Virus record (IMG/VR): IMGVR_UViG_3300014169_000010
Coordinates: 1-48,471 of that record
Direction: 5' to 3' (one strand)
DNA from: a virus
Lineage: Duplodnaviria > Caudoviricetes
DNA length: 48,471 nt
Shown here: positions 17,101 to 24,956 of the stretch, piece by piece
Layout: each line of letters opens with the position of its first letter
Numbering within the stretch: position 1 is the first letter of the stretch
Position numbers and translations under genes: made by a program
The notes under the pieces: model-generated
Database searches by the model: none
Told to the model about the DNA's origin: nothing
What the model saw: the letters and a program-made list of their open reading frames with translations, nothing else

Positions 17101-17901
17101 GATGACGTTCGCCGGAAGGTCGAGGCAGGAGTAGTGCGTCCCCGCCGTCGGGCAATCCACGCAGGCCGAGCCGCTGGCGCAGCCAGGAGTCCCAACGTAA
17201 AGCGGCGCCGACTGCCAGATGTTAGTCGCGCCCGAGACGGCCGACCATGCAATTGCGGGAAGCGGCAAAAGTCCCGTCAGGTGCGGCGGCTTGCCGGAGC
17301 CGAAGGGCCCGTTACCGCCATAGGATTCGATGATGATGGAGTGGCTGCTATTGCCATTATTGGGGATGCCAGTGCCTTCATCCAGCCAGGTGCAGTTATT
17401 GTCCGAGACGGAAGTGCCGTTGGTCGGGAAGGTTGGGGTGCTGCTGTAACTGGTGCAGGGACCGGCTGCGGTTTCCTGATAGTAGTGGCCGTTGGCCGAG
17501 GCGGGGACAATATAGGAATTCTGCGAATACTGCGTACTCGCCGTCCAGCCGCCGAGCGGAGACAGCAGAAGCCCATCGCGCCAGGTGCAATCGCGGCGCA
17601 GGAGAATTTTATCTCCGGCGGCGAAGGCATGCAGCCCGATCTCGAGCGGTGTCCGCCACGGCGCATCGATCGAACCGGCGTTGCCGTTCGAGCCGCTAAA
17701 GCAGTCCACGTAGCAGGCACCGGCGCCGCCGCCGAGCGTGGAGCACGCGGCCGCCGGCGTTCCAGCGGCATGACCATAGATGGAGCACAGCAGCAGGAGC
17801 ATGGCGAAGACGAGCCATGCCGCGCGCGGGTGATTTTCAAAGTACATTCGCATGGGATTAGAAGGTGATTTTTTCTCTTTTCTCCCGCGCGATGTGGTCA
17901 T
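14179..17901 (-). CDS. Large secreted protein with a parallel beta-helix and a NodB-type polysaccharide deacetylase domain (start at 17901 or 17853)
   Basis: Signal peptide (WLVFAMLLLLCSIYGHA); YVD...G.N.N.GS...PW.T; SFTYDD and THSVSH deacetylase motifs; C-terminal DFRP...SP...G..D..G..R..DMGAY. Confidence 0.75.
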   Translation of the reverse strand: MTTSRGRKEKKSPSNPMRMYFENHPRAAWLVFAMLLLLCSIYGHAAGTPAAACSTLGGGAGACYVDCFSGSNGNAGSIDAPWRTPLEIGLHAFAAGDKILLRRDCTWRDGLLLSPLGGWTASTQYSQNSYIVPASANGHYYQETAAGPCTSYSSTPTFPTNGTSVSDNNCTWLDEGTGIPNNGNSSHSIIIESYGGNGPFGSGKPPHLTGLLPLPAIAWSAVSGATNIWQSAPLYVGTPGCASGSACVDCPTAGTHYSCLDLPANVINFVQFGNPGGAGYVWGNQFGSLAALEANTFCSGTSPCLGDWYFDSGTFAVNQVSIASDVVTLYLNFPLTSAQQTALNGQTIKLGSFGAPYTGSGWTSTTLLNGLSETVTGVTANTITFTYSTSDISLTGATGSFALATPANDTGYQRLFVYSPSNPTTYYGQVAPIAISNAQIPANGGSVMLQLGSATGALSYIHVQHLQIDWFDGIGVQIPYDANASGDHIYFANMASDSLVENGLFRDNYSGAVCPSQTYITASGYCEQYTQIGFYISTSGTPSDIHIWNTDAIGNYVGYKFANGTGQPCSACVIDLKNNRSYANRTYGIQDNLGGAAAFDYSHLFANNLATGLETDVQMNFNAPSGGFSCAGTPGVVTMTWTNGGSPTGLIAGEFLSVSTKGSGTGAGTLTHSGFATNYVINSTSTSGGAVTVLLGQNPANASWACPASSDSGGAITVSSGNKGTHNLAFADLANESTSNFYGNLVSPFVKEWRRFPAYVSFTYDDPGLVPYSDEFVNQLLPIATRLGTNGTNCGPSNVACYNYSIAVVTGSDYSGDAQSGPLAGIIPRVQDSWIDAGWDVVTHSVSHEYWAPPAANCGDDSGASLYSASATTVPCHALINLQYIGGLATTVSLTITHASGAPTLTLSPSPYSADPAAYHCWDLTPIPPGQNAYIPPSGCAEIGTLGAIVSTLVSSGKYTVSVDSLAKGDAHAWGLNDVTISDVKASPVKLDFLENYLETDEMQWAGSWMNYFMTGMPTNRIYVMPSSYGDPQTETIAQSLGYTGVRGTASLKPCCAANTTLANGYNVFNILSQGSVPSLQNLSYAGMRNVMAADAFKNALWGRPIGFFQHINELNPDLVQNEFDGAMQAGATVISETKLMNLLRSCNENDQMPPVGTGYTGSYTGNTFYACPGTGYALDFRPTANSPTNGAGVTEASPFNYDLMGNLRSTWDMGAYSYIPMSTGTVGCVYNASTNPNCL

Positions 17902-17909
17902 CGCAGGGA

Positions 17910-17943
17910 GCGGCATAATAGGCCCGTACGGTTTCCGCCGCAA
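17910..17943 (-). promoter_or_regulatory. Sigma70-type promoter, copy B of the shared 21-bp element
   Basis: TTGCGG-N17-TATTAT; 17910-17930 is identical to 919-939. Confidence 0.65.
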
Positions 17944-17971
17944 GTCTACTTTTGGATAGCTACGAAAGTAG

Positions 17972-20900
17972 CTAGTTCGTCATCTGGTAGGTTATCGCGG
18001 CAATAGGCGCGTAGTTGCTGCCGCTGCAGGAGCCTGATGCCGTCGTAACCTTCACGCGAAGCTTGTGGCCAGACGCCACTCCGGTCGAACCTGTCACCGG
18101 CGAATAGAAGTTCGTGGCGTTGTCCATCGTGATGGTATAGCTCCCCACTTCCGCACCGGAAGTCCCATCCCAAACTTGCACAATTGGATACGTGCTGCAG
18201 CTAGTTGGATAATTGACCGTCGAGAGGTCAAAGCTGGTGATCGTGATGCCAGCCGGCAGCGTCCAATTGCAATACTGGACGCTGGAAGAAAGGTAACTGC
18301 CGCCGGCCGTGTTCATCAGCGGACAGGTGAATACAAACTGCGGTTCTTTCTGAACGTATGCGGTGCTCGCCGCATTCGTGGAATTGTCGCCCGCGCTCTG
18401 CGTCGGCACTTTAATGGTGGCGGAAGTGAAATCGTCTGTGCCGGAGCTATAGGTGTTGGACGCATCTATCCGGGGCACGTTCGCTGTCGTGCCAGTCCCC
18501 ACCGTGAATCCGCCGACGCTCTGCAACGGCTTCGCGCCCGTGGTCGGCGGCGTTCCTTGCCATCCTGCCGGCGATGATGCTGTGAAGGAGGCAGTCAGCC
18601 CCGCCGCGCCCGAGACGTCAAATGGCGTAGTCGCCATCTGCACATCATTGTCCGAGAAGTTGGCAGGACCCGTGATCGACCAGTTGCACTGCCGCGAAGA
18701 TCCGCCGCAGGCCGTCGAGCCGCTGGCATTGTTGATCTTAATGCCGTCATCCAGCGTGGATACCGAGCCCAGCGCGCCGTGATTGTTGTGGACGTCGAGG
18801 TTTTCTATGGTTGCGCCATCTTCGTTGGTGGCTGCGCCCAGAAGAATTTGCACGACGTATCCCGCGTCGGTGCAGTAATTGTCATGGATCTTCGAGTCGC
18901 CCTGCGTCGCGGGAAAGGTGGAATCCGTGGTGTCGTAGACCACGTCAAGCACAACGCACCCGCTGCCATTGTTCTGCACCGCGCCGCTCGAATTGACGTG
19001 AATCAGGCGTTGGATGTTGTCGTGAATGTCCAGCCCGGTGCCCGAAACCGCGATGCCTTCGTTGTAGGTGTTTTGGACCTTATTCCCCGCGACTTCGCTA
19101 TCCAGCGTGGAGAGCACCTGCATGCCGCCGACGCAGCCCGTGGATTGCGCGGAAGCCACCGCGCCCGAGCAGACATCGATCGTGGCCGAGTTATCGCAAC
19201 CCGTGCCGGCGGTGCAGGCAAAATCGTTCATGATGGTGTTATTGAGAACGTGGACGTTGCGCGTCAGTCCCCATCCGCCGGAGGAGACGACGTTCAACTC
19301 ATAGTTGCCGCCGGGAATCGCCGAATAGGTGCCGTGGCTGATGTATGACGTGACCGCCTCATAGACTTCATTGTCCTGAATGGTTTTCTTTCCGAGGTAG
19401 GGACCGCCGGTCGAAGAATTCACGTTGATGCCCGGACCGGAAGTCTGAATCGTCTTGTTGCGCTGGATGGTGAAGCTGTCGGAGTTCGACATGAAAATGC
19501 CCATCGCGCCCGATTGGGTGACGGTATTGTCCTCGACCAAGCCGCCCGTGGTGCCCGAATAATAAATGGAGTTCGCGCCAGAGTAGGTGTCGCCGGAGGC
19601 GATGCGGTTGCCCTGAATGGCGCAGCCGCGAATCCGCACATTGTTGCCGGTAACGTAGATGTTCGATTGGCTGCCGATCTGCGGCGTACCCGGCGTCCCG
19701 CTGCCCGTGCCGGCAGTGAAGTTGAAAGCTGTGCCAGCCGTGCCGCGCAGGCAGTTCAATTCCACATCAGAGCCGGAAATCGTAATCTGCGTTCCGGACG
19801 TCGGGGTGAATGTCTCTTGCCCGAAGTCGATCGCCACATGGCTCTGCGTAATGTTCAGCGTGGTGGAAGGCGAGTTGGTGGCAGGAAGGTTCGAGGCATC
19901 GCAGCGTCCGCCAGTGCCGGGGAGCGCGGCGAGGCAGGTGTTCAGCTTGGCAAAGGAATCGGAACCGCTCATATCCGAAGCGTCAAGGTTGCCCGCGCCA
20001 ACGGCGACGGTGCCCGTGGTGGATCCGCCAGCGACTTTGCCGCCCGTGGTGATTCCGGTGAGATAGATATTGTGAATCAGGTGCGTACTATCGCCGAGAT
20101 CGTAGCTGTTGGAGGCATACGGCCGGAACTGGTAAGGAGAACCAGCGCTGTTAATTTCCCACTTAATGCTGCCCCCGGTCTGGAATGCCAGGTTATGCTG
20201 GGTCCCTGTCCCTGCGGCTTCGCTGGCGACAATAAAATCGCTGGAACCGTAATAAAACTCCATCCGGCTATAGTCGCTCGAATCGGTGAGCACCTGATAG
20301 ACGCGAAGCGCCTGCGCCGTGGCTCCATTTTCAATTTCCACGGTGTTGCTGGCTCCGTTGCCGGTCGAGCCCGTGTCCGCGTTGTAGATATTGGAATAGG
20401 CGTTGAAGGTGAGCGGTGTCCCGCCATCATTGGCGTGAAGCAGATGGTCGGTGCCAAACCACACCACGCCGTAGCCGCTGGGCGCGGTCTGGGTGCTCAC
20501 TTCCTGCATAAGCATGGTGTTCGAGTAGGCGCAGTTGGCATTGCCATTCGCCGCAATGCCCTGGGCAAAGCCGTTGCCGCTGCATTGCGTCGGGGTGGCA
20601 GCCAGCGCGGAAGCGGTGCCGGAATTGCCCGTGATGGAAGATGTCAGGTTCGCCAGCGTGTTCGTCGGTCCACCGTTGAAGCTATAGAGAAACACGCCGC
20701 CCACGCCGCCGACCAGCGAAATAGTGCCGCTGCTGGAATTCGCCAGCGTGTCCCCATACTGGCCTTCGATGTGAAGGCTGTTTGCCGTCTGCTGCGATGT
20801 ACCCGTGGCGCCCGCGACGAATCCGCTGTTGGCATAGACCGTCCCGCTGAAAAATCCGTTATACGGGTTGCCGGTTTGCACTCCCGCGCTCACGCCGAGG

Positions 20901-21889
20901 TTGCCAGGCGTCGCGCCGCCGTAGCCGTTCAGGTTCCAGATGAGGTTGGCAGAAGAATAAATATCAATGCTGCCCTGGTGATTGCTGGATGAGTCCGCTT
21001 CCAGAATGATCAGGCCCGCCGGACCGTTTCCGCCGGCGACCGGCGAGATGATATTCACGTAGGAGCCGACCGCATAGCCGTTGCTCTGCCCGGCTTCCAG
21101 CGTAAGGATTCCTGGCGGCTGCGTGGATGTGCCTTTGCCTGCGACTATCCCGATCGAGCCTGCGCCGATCGACGAAGAATCATTGGCGTTCTCGCCGAAA
21201 ATATCGATCAGATCGCCGCCAATAAAGACCGAATCGACGCAGAAGCTTTGCAGTGGGGCAGTGCCCAGCGCCATGCCCGCGGCCAGCAATTCCACGCAGC
21301 CGACCGAATTCGAGTTGGTAAGAGTTCCATACGGCGCCGTCACAATCACGCTGCCAGGGCTGTTATTTCCGGAAGCCACAGGGCCGCCGGCAATATAAAC
21401 ATTCCCCGCCATGGCCCCCGTTCCAGTCGATCCGTTATTCTCGCCGCCCGTAATGTAGACGTTGCCGGCGGAGGTATCAATTTCCGTGTTGCTTCCCGGC
21501 GCGATATTGATGTTCTGCGAAGCGTGGGACCCGTCGCCGTTCGGCGTCCCCAGGGTGAGCGTGTCGCCCACGGCCGAAACCAGCGCGGCGTTGATGGCCA
21601 CGCTCGCCAGGTTGCCGAGCGATTGCGTGGCGCAGGTCGAGCAAGTCGAGCCGCCGCCGCTGCTGCCCAGCGCCACCCACTGCCCGGACGAAGTGCAATA
21701 AGGCGAGTGCTGGCACTGGTAAAGGCCGCTGCTATCCGTGAGTGTAAAAATGGACCATAGCGGCGCATTGACCGGCAGCACAGAGCCGTAGCGGATAACG
21801 GTAGCTACGCCGCCCTCTTGCGCGTGAAGCGCGACGGCGCAGCAAAACAGGCTCAACGCAAAAGCGCAGATGACAATAAGTTTTCGCAT
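17972..21889 (-). CDS. Large fibre/tailspike-like protein with Gly-rich repeats, a right-handed beta-helix and an N-terminal signal peptide
   Basis: MRKLIVICAFALSLFCCAVALHAQ; repeated G.V.I.GG units; beta-helix repeats (V.DN.V, I..N); PTQSAGDNSTNAASTAYV fibre-type motif. Confidence 0.7.
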   Translation of the reverse strand: MRKLIVICAFALSLFCCAVALHAQEGGVATVIRYGSVLPVNAPLWSIFTLTDSSGLYQCQHSPYCTSSGQWVALGSSGGGSTCSTCATQSLGNLASVAINAALVSAVGDTLTLGTPNGDGSHASQNINIAPGSNTEIDTSAGNVYITGGENNGSTGTGAMAGNVYIAGGPVASGNNSPGSVIVTAPYGTLTNSNSVGCVELLAAGMALGTAPLQSFCVDSVFIGGDLIDIFGENANDSSSIGAGSIGIVAGKGTSTQPPGILTLEAGQSNGYAVGSYVNIISPVAGGNGPAGLIILEADSSSNHQGSIDIYSSANLIWNLNGYGGATPGNLGVSAGVQTGNPYNGFFSGTVYANSGFVAGATGTSQQTANSLHIEGQYGDTLANSSSGTISLVGGVGGVFLYSFNGGPTNTLANLTSSITGNSGTASALAATPTQCSGNGFAQGIAANGNANCAYSNTMLMQEVSTQTAPSGYGVVWFGTDHLLHANDGGTPLTFNAYSNIYNADTGSTGNGASNTVEIENGATAQALRVYQVLTDSSDYSRMEFYYGSSDFIVASEAAGTGTQHNLAFQTGGSIKWEINSAGSPYQFRPYASNSYDLGDSTHLIHNIYLTGITTGGKVAGGSTTGTVAVGAGNLDASDMSGSDSFAKLNTCLAALPGTGGRCDASNLPATNSPSTTLNITQSHVAIDFGQETFTPTSGTQITISGSDVELNCLRGTAGTAFNFTAGTGSGTPGTPQIGSQSNIYVTGNNVRIRGCAIQGNRIASGDTYSGANSIYYSGTTGGLVEDNTVTQSGAMGIFMSNSDSFTIQRNKTIQTSGPGINVNSSTGGPYLGKKTIQDNEVYEAVTSYISHGTYSAIPGGNYELNVVSSGGWGLTRNVHVLNNTIMNDFACTAGTGCDNSATIDVCSGAVASAQSTGCVGGMQVLSTLDSEVAGNKVQNTYNEGIAVSGTGLDIHDNIQRLIHVNSSGAVQNNGSGCVVLDVVYDTTDSTFPATQGDSKIHDNYCTDAGYVVQILLGAATNEDGATIENLDVHNNHGALGSVSTLDDGIKINNASGSTACGGSSRQCNWSITGPANFSDNDVQMATTPFDVSGAAGLTASFTASSPAGWQGTPPTTGAKPLQSVGGFTVGTGTTANVPRIDASNTYSSGTDDFTSATIKVPTQSAGDNSTNAASTAYVQKEPQFVFTCPLMNTAGGSYLSSSVQYCNWTLPAGITITSFDLSTVNYPTSCSTYPIVQVWDGTSGAEVGSYTITMDNATNFYSPVTGSTGVASGHKLRVKVTTASGSCSGSNYAPIAAITYQMTN

Positions 21890-21914
21890 GTGATTTATTT
21901 CCGAAGGAGGCGGC

Positions 21915-22328
21915 TTAGTTGCCGATCGCGTCCCAATTGGTGCCGTTGTACATGAACTTCACCCACTGCCACTGATTGCTGAGTTGGTAGGCGGGCTGCC
22001 CGTTGATGGTCGCGCCATTCAGATCTTCGAAGATGATGGGGCCCGTCCCGTTATCGATCTTCATGGCCGTGTATTCCTGATAGATGGTGACTTCGCCATT
22101 CGGCGTCTGCGCCTGAAAGCTTCCTGGCGTCAACAGAAGCGTGATGCCGCCCCCGCCGCCGCCCGTGCAGCGCAGATAATCGGCCGTAGTCGGCACGGTG
22201 CCATTCGCGCTGTAGTTTGAGGGCGATGGTCCCGCCTGGTGAACGTCGTTCCAGTTGCCGGAGCTGGTTTGCCCTGGCTGTGCGCCTGCCGGCGACGTCG
22301 GGTTTACATAGGTGTGGGCTATTTTCAT
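21915..22328 (-). CDS. Putative virion structural / fibre-attachment protein
   Basis: N-terminal S.NWN..H motif and C-terminal KID...TING...L...Y.G.NW domain recalled from phage fibre-associated proteins. Confidence 0.55.
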   Translation of the reverse strand: MKIAHTYVNPTSPAGAQPGQTSSGNWNDVHQAGPSPSNYSANGTVPTTADYLRCTGGGGGGITLLLTPGSFQAQTPNGEVTIYQEYTAMKIDNGTGPIIFEDLNGATINGQPAYQLSNQWQWVKFMYNGTNWDAIGN

Positions 22329-22334
22329 GTGGCC

Positions 22335-22697
22335 TCAGCTTTGCTGGCCGGCGTTTTGGCCGACTTCGGCGCAATAGATGTCGAGAAAGACTTTCATTTC
22401 GTCCGAGTCCTCGATGTACTTGATCTGGAAAGTGCGCTGGTCCCAGACAATCAGCATGTTCCCGGTAATCCCCGGCTGGTACGGGATGCAGCACAGATGG
22501 TCAATGTCCTGGTCGATCTGCGCGGCTTTGTCCCGTTCTTCGCCATGCAGCGCGGAGATGCTTCCCCACGCCGAGATTGTCGGACTCGGAGGCGCAGCCC
22601 CGCCGCCGGGATTCGGTGCGCCCGGCGCAAGAAATTGCACGTAGGCGCGCATTCCTCCAATGGAGTGCGGAGCGGCGTTGAGGCGGCGAAGCGGCAT
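22335..22697 (-). CDS. Head closure (head-tail adaptor, SPP1 gp16-like)
   Basis: G.MR..V.F, W.SI..L.G.E and Y.PGIT..M.I....RTF.I motifs. Confidence 0.85.
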   Translation of the reverse strand: MPLRRLNAAPHSIGGMRAYVQFLAPGAPNPGGGAAPPSPTISAWGSISALHGEERDKAAQIDQDIDHLCCIPYQPGITGNMLIVWDQRTFQIKYIEDSDEMKVFLDIYCAEVGQNAGQQS

Positions 22698-23131
22698 TAG
22701 TTGGTGCGGAGGATGGAGAAGTTGAGCAGGTTGGAACTGCAGGCGAGCGTGATGACCTGCCCGGTCCCGGCCCAGCCTGCGAGGTTCTTCATCTGGATGG
22801 CGACAATGCCCGGACTGACCAGCACCGAATAACCGGTAAGGGATGAGTCGGTTCGCCCCAGGCCATCAGCCACACTGTTGACGGTGAAGGTGTGCGTCGC
22901 GGAGTCCGTGTTCTGTACGAGAATGATTTCCGTACCCGTGGCCGCGAAGGAATTGCCGTTGCTGGGATCGCAGGCGGTAAAGGCGACAGTCAGGTCCCCG
23001 GCCTGCACCGCATAGTTATTGACTTTCAGCGGATGCACGGTGAGAGCCGTCTGGCTGGCGAAAGCCAGGTTGGGAACCAGCGCCGAAGCGATGACGCAAA
23101 GAACAGCAAGCGATTGGCGAACAAATTTCAT
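22697..23131 (-). CDS. Neck/head-associated beta-sandwich protein with an N-terminal signal-like extension
   Basis: AAGGAG RBS; D..NGN.F..TG.E...V.N.D and D..GR motif; hydrophobic N-terminus. Confidence 0.6.
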   Translation of the reverse strand: MKFVRQSLAVLCVIASALVPNLAFASQTALTVHPLKVNNYAVQAGDLTVAFTACDPSNGNSFAATGTEIILVQNTDSATHTFTVNSVADGLGRTDSSLTGYSVLVSPGIVAIQMKNLAGWAGTGQVITLACSSNLLNFSILRTN

Positions 23132-23666
23132 GGAATTCTCCTTGGAGGTTTGGGTTTAGGGTTTCAGCGGGAATAGCCGCTCGAACATCTCGTCGGCCGT
23201 TTCGTTTTCTGGAACGTCGAACGGAAGATCCATCTGCATTACAGGCATTACGCGCATAATGCGCACTGCACGGCGGCGCGGAGACACGGCCTGCTGTCGC
23301 GCGGAGCCCTTCGTCTGATTCGTAGGGTGAGAGGCTGCCGACTTTTTCCGTGTCTCCGTCCCGCCATCGGAATGACGAAAAGGCTTATCAGGGACATAAA
23401 ATCCCTCCGCAGCAAGTCCGACCGCCACCATCGAGCGCCATGACGGCCGGATTTTCTTCAAATTCCGGAGTTGGAAACTGCGGTTGAACATAAAAAGGCG
23501 GCTGCCCAAAGGGAATGACCGCCTCCATTCCCCGGCGTGACGAGCCGCCACCGATCTGCCGGGAATTTCCGGGACAAATTCTGTACAGGATGTACAACTC
23601 GTACAAAACACTGCGAGGCCAAACGAACCGTACCGGGCAAAGTCGGGAATTTATTCCCAGGGAACC

Positions 23667-24953
23667 TTACCCAAGCACTGTCGAAGATGCGCCGCTGCCG
23701 AAATCCCAAACGCGGTAGTTGGAGCAAATTTGACTGACGCTGTGCGGCACGTCCGCGACCTTGCCTTCTCTGCCTTCCACCACCGGTTCGCGGTTGTAAT
23801 AAAAGTGGGAAAGCATGAGCAGGACGGCCAACTTGAGATCTTCGGGAATCCCGCTCGCGGCCTGGTACTGTACAAGCTGGTTCGGTCCGGGCGTCGTTCC
23901 CCCTGGCGCTGCGGAGAATTCCGGTCCGGGATCTTGCGGTGCGCCGAGGAATAGCCAACTCCCGCCGTTGTCGGCAGTCACGGTGCCCAGAGGCGCATTG
24001 GACGCAGGCCACGCTGGTGCGCTGCCGCCGCTGGTGAGCCCGTTCTGGGTGAACTCGATGTTCCCGTTGCTGTCCAGCACCAGCGACGGTCCGGGATAGA
24101 CGTGTCCCGTCTGGTAGGCGGGCGGCGCGATCGCCGTATCGGAATCGACGTTGCCGGTATCGTCATCATCGACGGCCGTGCTCACGCCTGCCGGTCCAGC
24201 GTTGAACCACGAACAGCCGCCATCCGGAGAGGCGATTGTGTGTCCGACCGCGGCATAGGTGGGGACATCGCTGCCGGAAAGCGGACTCCCCGGCGCCATC
24301 TGAATCTGCATGTTGCCGGAGCCGTCGATAATGTAGGAGTATTGCGGGAACACTTCGTAAGGTTGCCACTGCGCGCCGATCGTCTCGCTCGCGGTGTCCG
24401 TCGCCAGTGCCGTAAAGCCGGCGGTAAAAAATATCTGGACGCGGTTGAGCCCGTTGATGGATGGCGCCCAGAATTCGTTCGGAAAGAATAGCTCCGGCCA
24501 GAATTGCCCGAGCAGAAGCGCAGGCCAATCCTGTCCTGGCAGCGGCGTGATTTTCCCCGGCCTGCTGGCGTAATCGACTGCGAAATCCTGCCCTGGCAGC
24601 ATCCCGTGCAGATTGCCGTCGGTGCCGACATACACAATCTTTTGCACGGACGCCAGCGGCGAGCGTAGAAGCGAGAGGCGCTGGTCCCGCCGGTTGACCA
24701 CCGGAACGCGCGCCTGGTCGAAGGCAAATGGCCAGACCGTGAGAGGGAAGCGTTCTTCGTACTGCGCGAACTTGCGCTGCGCCAGCACCAGGCCCGTCAT
24801 GCCTTCGATGTAGCGACGCGCGGCCGGGATCCATGCCGACTGAATGAGCGCGGAGTCCGGGCCGTTGGGATTGGTAATGCGCAAAAAGGCAAGCGCTTCC
24901 GTCAGCGATACGGCATCGACAGCCGGCGGACCGAGTTCGAGGATTGCCGACAT
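23667..24953 (-). CDS. Head-tail connector (HK97 gp6-like) with inserted Trp/Gly repeat modules
   Basis: PP..AVSL.EA..FLRI, AAR.Y.E..TG, and C-terminal PEDLK.A.LL...HFY.NRE. Confidence 0.85.
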   Translation of the reverse strand: MSAILELGPPAVDAVSLTEALAFLRITNPNGPDSALIQSAWIPAARRYIEGMTGLVLAQRKFAQYEERFPLTVWPFAFDQARVPVVNRRDQRLSLLRSPLASVQKIVYVGTDGNLHGMLPGQDFAVDYASRPGKITPLPGQDWPALLLGQFWPELFFPNEFWAPSINGLNRVQIFFTAGFTALATDTASETIGAQWQPYEVFPQYSYIIDGSGNMQIQMAPGSPLSGSDVPTYAAVGHTIASPDGGCSWFNAGPAGVSTAVDDDDTGNVDSDTAIAPPAYQTGHVYPGPSLVLDSNGNIEFTQNGLTSGGSAPAWPASNAPLGTVTADNGGSWLFLGAPQDPGPEFSAAPGGTTPGPNQLVQYQAASGIPEDLKLAVLLMLSHFYYNREPVVEGREGKVADVPHSVSQICSNYRVWDFGSGASSTVLG

Positions 24954-24956
24954 TTT

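Noticed and set aside
23156-23611. 151-aa ORF beginning MFCTSCTSCT
   Set aside because: The Cys pattern comes from a 9-bp DNA stutter; weak start and no recognisable domain.
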